Source: an uncultured virus (IMG/VR IMGVR_UViG_3300035698_023946) (taxonomy: Duplodnaviria; Heunggongvirae; Uroviricota; Caudoviricetes). From it: DNA of 41,363 nucleotides. Below are positions 38,301 to 41,363 of the stretch, in pieces. Below the pieces are notes generated by a model. That model did no database searches. It was not told the DNA's origin and saw nothing but the letters and a program-made list of their open reading frames with translations. Where the stretch lies: the IMG/VR virus record IMGVR_UViG_3300035698_023946. One strand, given 5' to 3'. A program made the position numbers and the translations under genes. Position 1 is the first letter of the stretch; every line of letters starts with the position of its first letter.

Positions 38301-38481
38301 TACTCTTCTCTTTGCTGACCTCAATTTCTACATATTTTTGTAGATCAGAATCAATATATTTCCACTCCAAATTTCCTGTATTGCTATTAATCCATTCAGC
38401 CGGATCGGGTCCAGAGGGAATAGGTGTGAGGGTTTTCTTGTTGAGGAAATAAATCCTTTGTGACTTAGATGCATGTACCAT
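32389..38481 (-). CDS. Large putative virion protein (2030 aa) with FN3-like and PA14-like domains
   Basis: FN3-like FFWRVRAKG, ISWPIVEDASGYYVYGR, YYYKVVSF, LSWTTVSGATGYRIYK; PA14-like FNGNFYAPMTGNYKF...IDLKRGWHTLWFY; C-terminal GIYESDII...FLQFKVTLST..SPTLNSVTISY module. Confidence 0.72.
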   Translation of the reverse strand: MVHASKSQRIYFLNKKTLTPIPSGPDPAEWINSNTGNLEWKYIDSDLQKYVEIEVSKEKSTDNLISSNQFTTNLTQIKVSDVDIPEHGVFFWRVRAKGTQASEFSDFSGWMPIKIDSTAPLVSDIDIVSVYNGLEFHSNFKTPTDQLGENEGIFISADQSTNYLSVDFSFPFDDLLYDADNDLQNRKTTRTFFVELYFPDKGGIDESSIKGDLNNLYYKSGYDVTSAAIANFYNFDYTENTSTEQELYNAIKGVADGNNVTVEQLLDDKLTGLIFNKVSITLLVPKSDSGGNDRVKWNFSIPYSGVVLIKSFYINSDYVNEVYGDVYTGVTRDKSFDEIYLDQRMFLLSPENALNPASSLRDTSSLLKIGKNYVNPETYILTPTWTNGTRITASNSPPDELGWDLIGLPKHTMGLGLSSIRELELIRNSYYFDNSDALNSVNKQSGDSSEFYTDLYSWSAFRTGDKVKFLNSYYAFKNYSTKAVIEQNTTRSFPNEFEIVEIDSTNKVISLSDDYDNLYTNTRYPDGTTEAYFEVPISSLEAQVNSHGDTVTVLTDATNNVLFSQLTDNAGEIANETSDIPLEGEIDTAQIGDSGLCNRFVGIKMTTSSSFLEYPVLNNVGSSLIIQGNVLEDLTYSESTEEIDYYISGDTFSIYNPSLAIENNSVTIHIKTQSNISGVKGIKVIEKFPDDNSYDYTTDLDTPVLDSLKTIQNDNGLLYGPNVFEYNVSAVDASGIETEYYNSKKVTITTILNRYIVISWPIVEDASGYYVYGRNQDDNKRYVLAYVPAGHISPEGIANLVSWNDYGDLEHGAVTVNATLSAPTGAIASTLANYGDLRKDTTYYYKVVSFTRSSVNVFNESSETSISSTETTSDKFRLQLSWTTVSGATGYRIYKKDDDEDYVLVNTIFGAANTSFIDVGSVSLKKSLAVNLAYTRNEPTALEITSDSNPFYDVEFSNVELTDLQYADDGEDVGHIKYRIRNADEEVVDLFLSVKSNADLTSSSVVADLGTASISRNVEQTDIFYDYNNPAGVPTLINSIINSSEENVIVDYKNIMDVSKDIIAVQLSNFKDRFYTSPETSYTGKKFWKVGYEVRYSIGLAATNSSSVLIDIEGVDESDFYDNSSTTYPFIEGVHYGSQTHQSSTFYWAKIPIRIDSSTSDTPISISSIQEPFASSMIGKTVYVGDVTETTDSFTCLGLEDLGSYFVMKVKLRSLNGEILDYIKSNANFGKILTVNVVNLASGSFSTGGINTEFMEFNSSLSASQPYSFTDFSNIDFKESLNADTISPTKIGQTTRSQNSLSNYVKDFNNNSSIKHTQAFFNGNFYAPMTGNYKFTGTVAGSQSLLINNSIKGFDNHAESLNLFSVNNSTIANSEFIDLKRGWHTLWFYAFYVAFGREDDLTRTAAALENECAIDTNFFPKYPIVNEIDSSENTITFTTAIGSKSLEDSALKDQFCLFTLADPTTGTDIPSSTDANAVRSKDSIEGAFYNNQIKTDEQEEVFGDNYNHVRAGVQEDDSLSLSPTTEISGTDYNQHYHIIQPNIKENEFALVTKTSLTTDSRKAIWMMNDSESRPVFDFVKDTILGYTEFRVCKWLLKIVDNINDVIYFQDPIEGTWTGYEELSDGTTKLTSDEITFNYSYLDLFGLPVKLDIGSSVSSEIRQALFVPEAKSVIISGKLNSFNGAYDIDDLIGRPFSIGNVNDIASQDDVFYVNYGRKKTVIEQTNLTKNATTIYGNYFDKYLNQKAIPLTISLTGLVPTVNLSNAIVEYFVAGAKNNKFTFTNVGEQAYDAHIIEKSTGIYESDIISGGAGFEFWRELTWDADIVDEDDVKIEIRTADTEEELLNKTYNEDAFGIEYPAYNILDWDTPATATATGVNILHFTSDGNLNTNNELVKNKFLQFKVTLSTTSQTYSPTLNSVTISYSTGNTVLLLSKNFDLDSNLLRGIITANPNIPDGTRVLWGISTDDSDDFDTFQRVYLDEAFEIPENSRDSQFKIGAQLISSNEDIPKVFDIGLQFECVDGEHLLNLDS

Positions 38482-38484
38482 TAT

Positions 38485-39174
38485 TTAATTACCTAATGCC
38501 CCAGTAGATTTGATTTTTACTTGACTCTCTGATTCTATAAGAGTTCCTGTCGATCTTAAGTTAGGATGATCTAACCATTTGTTCATGACGCTTGCTGTGA
38601 CGGTCACCATTCCCCCTCCACGAGGAGTATAGATGTGAGCTTTAGATTCATTGTCTACTAAGAATTCTTGAAACCATTGAGTTTCTTCAAATGAATATGG
38701 AACGCTTATTTTAAAGCTCAACTCACCAGCGGCATCAGTCAAAGCCTTATATGACAAATGGTTCGTTCCATCTTGAAATGTCGTATCGTATCCGAAGGTG
38801 GAAGAATTATAATATAAGTGAAGTTGTCCTGGACCACTTATGTTTAGAAAAACCTCATAAACGGCAGCTGGAGAGATGTCGAGCGTTACATCTAGGATGT
38901 CTGTTGGTTGAGCTTCTCGAATTACTTCTGTATATTCATATCCGTAACCATAAGCCCAACCTCCATAATTTGTTGCATCTGAAACTTCAAAAAATCCCGT
39001 CCCATCTCCATCTAAATCAAATGCATCAAAGAAGGTCAAAGTATCTGGGTTTTGTAATACTCCAAAACCCCAAGATGACTCTGGTCTTAGAATTTTCTCG
39101 ATAGAAAAATCCATAGAAACAGAGTCGTAAAAATCAACTTCTTTACCAACAGCCTTTAATTTTATTGAAGACAT
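38485..39174 (-). CDS. Hypothetical protein (229 aa), probable virion component carrying the YG/FFDxF module
   Basis: Closely coupled between two large genes; contains TFFDAFD...YGGWAYGYGYEY and an Ig-like-looking C-terminal part (LTDAAGELSF...VTVTASV). Confidence 0.7.
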   Translation of the reverse strand: MSSIKLKAVGKEVDFYDSVSMDFSIEKILRPESSWGFGVLQNPDTLTFFDAFDLDGDGTGFFEVSDATNYGGWAYGYGYEYTEVIREAQPTDILDVTLDISPAAVYEVFLNISGPGQLHLYYNSSTFGYDTTFQDGTNHLSYKALTDAAGELSFKISVPYSFEETQWFQEFLVDNESKAHIYTPRGGGMVTVTASVMNKWLDHPNLRSTGTLIESESQVKIKSTGALGN

Positions 39175-39175
39175 C

Positions 39176-41363
39176 TTAAGATCCCGCTACATAGTCGATT
39201 TCAATATCCCATTCAAGATTTCCGCTAGAAGATAAGCTTGAGGACGCGACTGGATCTCCATCTGAATCAAGAACAGGAGTATAAGTCTTGAATCCGAAAA
39301 CTTTAATCGGAACAGAGCTCTTATAATTCAATCTGATCCATGTCGCATCTATTCTTGGGAAAGTTATTATGTTGGATTTTTCAACATAAACTTGTTTTCC
39401 TGTATCGATATCGATTTGATTTAAACTGTTATCAATTTCGATATATGGGTTCGTCCCATCTACACCAGATTTTCTTATTCTAGCATAAACATCAGTTCTT
39501 ACATTCAGTCTCACCAGATAGTTTGCGAGGTTATTATTTGCAAAGATGGACTGATCCTCTGTATTGCTAAAGATTATTCTATTACCATCTACGCTCAATA
39601 CATCAAAGAATCCCTCTTCAGGTTCTCTAGACCACAATCCGGCTTCCACTGATTTAAACTTGGTCCAAGTAGTTCCATCTATAAGGTCTTCCGAAGCATA
39701 ATAAAGCTCGAAATTAAATCTTGATTCTGGAGAATAATCCCCATCGAGATTAAAACTAACTTTTGTTATTGGAATTGAATGAAAACTTCTATGTGTTTTT
39801 TGAGCTTGTAAAAATATAGGATCTACTGTCGGATCATTTGTCCCAATTGGAGGAGTTCCAACAGGAATGTCAATACTTTGAGCAGCCGATGAAAACTCTG
39901 CATAAGAATCATTGTAAAGACTAATGATATTTCTGTATCTCGTCGGATAGGCCGAGGGGACTCCGGCGGCCTTCTCAGTTGAGTCAGAATAAACGTAATC
40001 GATAGAATCCGGAGTTGTTCCAGTATCAAGAAACGGCATGTCTACATCTTGGATTCTTACTCGCATTCTGTTTATCAAGAAGTTTTGAACTCCATCAGTT
40101 CCTTTAATGAGTAAGTATCTAACAGTTGTTTGTATTTGTTCGCTGATAGCACTGTTGCCTACAATTATATCTCCTATTTGAGATGCTAAAATCTTACTAG
40201 GCACATTTGTTTTGATATTGAAAAACTGATTATGAATGTTACTGTCATATCCTAAGATGTCAATTGTCAAAGGATTATCTACGTCTGAAAAAATGTTTCC
40301 GTTCGAATCATTGACTTCAAATACAAACTCTGATACGTGAGTAGGTTTTCCTAAATCAACAATCAAATAACCTTCTGCCAGTATCTCGCAATTAGTTCCA
40401 CTCGTCTTATTGAATGCATTTTCAGGATTATTGCATTTTCCATAAGTAGCAAAATCTTCAAACAGTACTAAATTGTTGATATTGAAATTTCCAGTACCAG
40501 AAGTTTTAACGACCATAACATCTGAATAAGTTAAAGACTGATTGAAAGTCATTGAAAAAATGCTTTCTGTCGCAAAGGCTATTTCAGCATTCGTGGCCGA
40601 AACATCAGAAGCAGAAAGTTCTATTTCAGAAACTAAATCAAATATCGGACTGTTATAATCAACAACAAAATTGTTATCATTCGCTAATATCTGGAATGTG
40701 GCAGATACATCTGTTCCAGCTTGATCTTCATCTATCGCATAAATGAATGACATATGTTTGAAGGTGTTAGACGGACTATCTAAATGAACGTGAGCGGCTT
40801 GATCATTCGCATCAAATCTAGTATAGGAAGAATTGGAAACGATATTTTCCGGAGAATCAGATGGGCCATAAGATTCAACGACCTGATAATCGTAATAAGT
40901 TCCTGCATCAGATGTGATTGGCCTCATTCTTTGTGTCGGGTTTTCCATGATCACAAAGCTGTCTTCATTGGTCACGTCGGCCTTAATTGTAATTGCATCT
41001 TTATCAATTGTCTCAGTAATGAACAAGGCATCCATCCAGGCATGTTCGGAATCAATGTTATCAAAATAGGGTAAAGTGATCGAATATCCATAAGAAGCAT
41101 TTCCGACTCCGGATCTAGGAATTGGAAGCAATGCCGTTTCATCAGTGTCGAAAGCGAATACCATATCATAAGGATGAACAAGACCAAAAATAGAATCTGA
41201 CAAATAACCAATCTGATAAATTCCCTGTCCACTTTGACCGGCTCGTTCACCAATAAAGAAGTCAGGATAATCACCCAGCCAAGCACCTCCCGTGGAATCA
41301 GCTGAAGGACCGACAAAACTGACAGGATCATTAAAAGATCCTGGGGTATTAGATCCTAACACA
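39176..41363 (-). CDS. Putative virion protein with F5/8 type C (discoidin)-like domains (partial; 5' end outside the window)
   Basis: Frame is open to the window edge, so the GTG at 41362 is probably not the real start; NPENAFNK...YLIVDLGKPTHVSEF...VRYLLIKG and a second ITKVSF...FELYYAS...TTWTKF...FPRIDATWIRL unit. Confidence 0.7.
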   Translation of the reverse strand, partial: VLGSNTPGSFNDPVSFVGPSADSTGGAWLGDYPDFFIGERAGQSGQGIYQIGYLSDSIFGLVHPYDMVFAFDTDETALLPIPRSGVGNASYGYSITLPYFDNIDSEHAWMDALFITETIDKDAITIKADVTNEDSFVIMENPTQRMRPITSDAGTYYDYQVVESYGPSDSPENIVSNSSYTRFDANDQAAHVHLDSPSNTFKHMSFIYAIDEDQAGTDVSATFQILANDNNFVVDYNSPIFDLVSEIELSASDVSATNAEIAFATESIFSMTFNQSLTYSDVMVVKTSGTGNFNINNLVLFEDFATYGKCNNPENAFNKTSGTNCEILAEGYLIVDLGKPTHVSEFVFEVNDSNGNIFSDVDNPLTIDILGYDSNIHNQFFNIKTNVPSKILASQIGDIIVGNSAISEQIQTTVRYLLIKGTDGVQNFLINRMRVRIQDVDMPFLDTGTTPDSIDYVYSDSTEKAAGVPSAYPTRYRNIISLYNDSYAEFSSAAQSIDIPVGTPPIGTNDPTVDPIFLQAQKTHRSFHSIPITKVSFNLDGDYSPESRFNFELYYASEDLIDGTTWTKFKSVEAGLWSREPEEGFFDVLSVDGNRIIFSNTEDQSIFANNNLANYLVRLNVRTDVYARIRKSGVDGTNPYIEIDNSLNQIDIDTGKQVYVEKSNIITFPRIDATWIRLNYKSSVPIKVFGFKTYTPVLDSDGDPVASSSLSSSGNLEWDIEIDYVAGS

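Noticed and set aside
858..41331. Numerous 60-120 aa antisense or alternate-frame ORFs inside the long genes
   Set aside because: Shadow ORFs fully nested in well-supported CDSs, with no motifs.
1..41363. Stop-codon reassignment, as in some large phages
   Set aside because: Very long ORFs and near-complete coding density under the standard code; TAA, TGA and TAG each end plausible genes.
1..41363. tRNA or rRNA genes
   Set aside because: No cloverleaf with T-loop consensus or rRNA-like sequence seen in the few intergenic gaps.

Overview
Gene-dense, AT-rich window (roughly 35% GC by eye) that reads as part of a large or jumbo dsDNA bacteriophage genome using the standard bacterial code. Positions 1-7287 (minus strand) hold a replication module: a CHC2 zinc-finger primase N-terminus cut by the window edge, a DnaB-type helicase, a DnaC/IstB-like loader with a degenerate Walker A, two unknown ORFs, a ~760-bp non-coding region that looks like a dyad-symmetric replication origin, a DnaJ co-chaperone and an SF2 DExH helicase. 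Next come a stand-alone 44-aa acidic peptide gene and one plus-strand GT-B glycosyltransferase. Positions 9126-41363 (minus strand) are five tightly coupled, acidic, beta-rich genes (1828, 5919, 2030, 229 and >728 aa), most likely a very large tail/baseplate adsorption apparatus. They contain BNR/Asp-box propellers, VWA, FN3-like, PA14-like and F5/8-like modules and a PHP/DUF3604-like domain lacking its metal ligands. The most notable signals are the origin architecture, a shared YGYGYG...FFD[VA]F module in several giant proteins, the 5919-aa protein itself, and a small ORF resembling a major-capsid N-terminus. Family calls come from motif reading and recall, not database searches.
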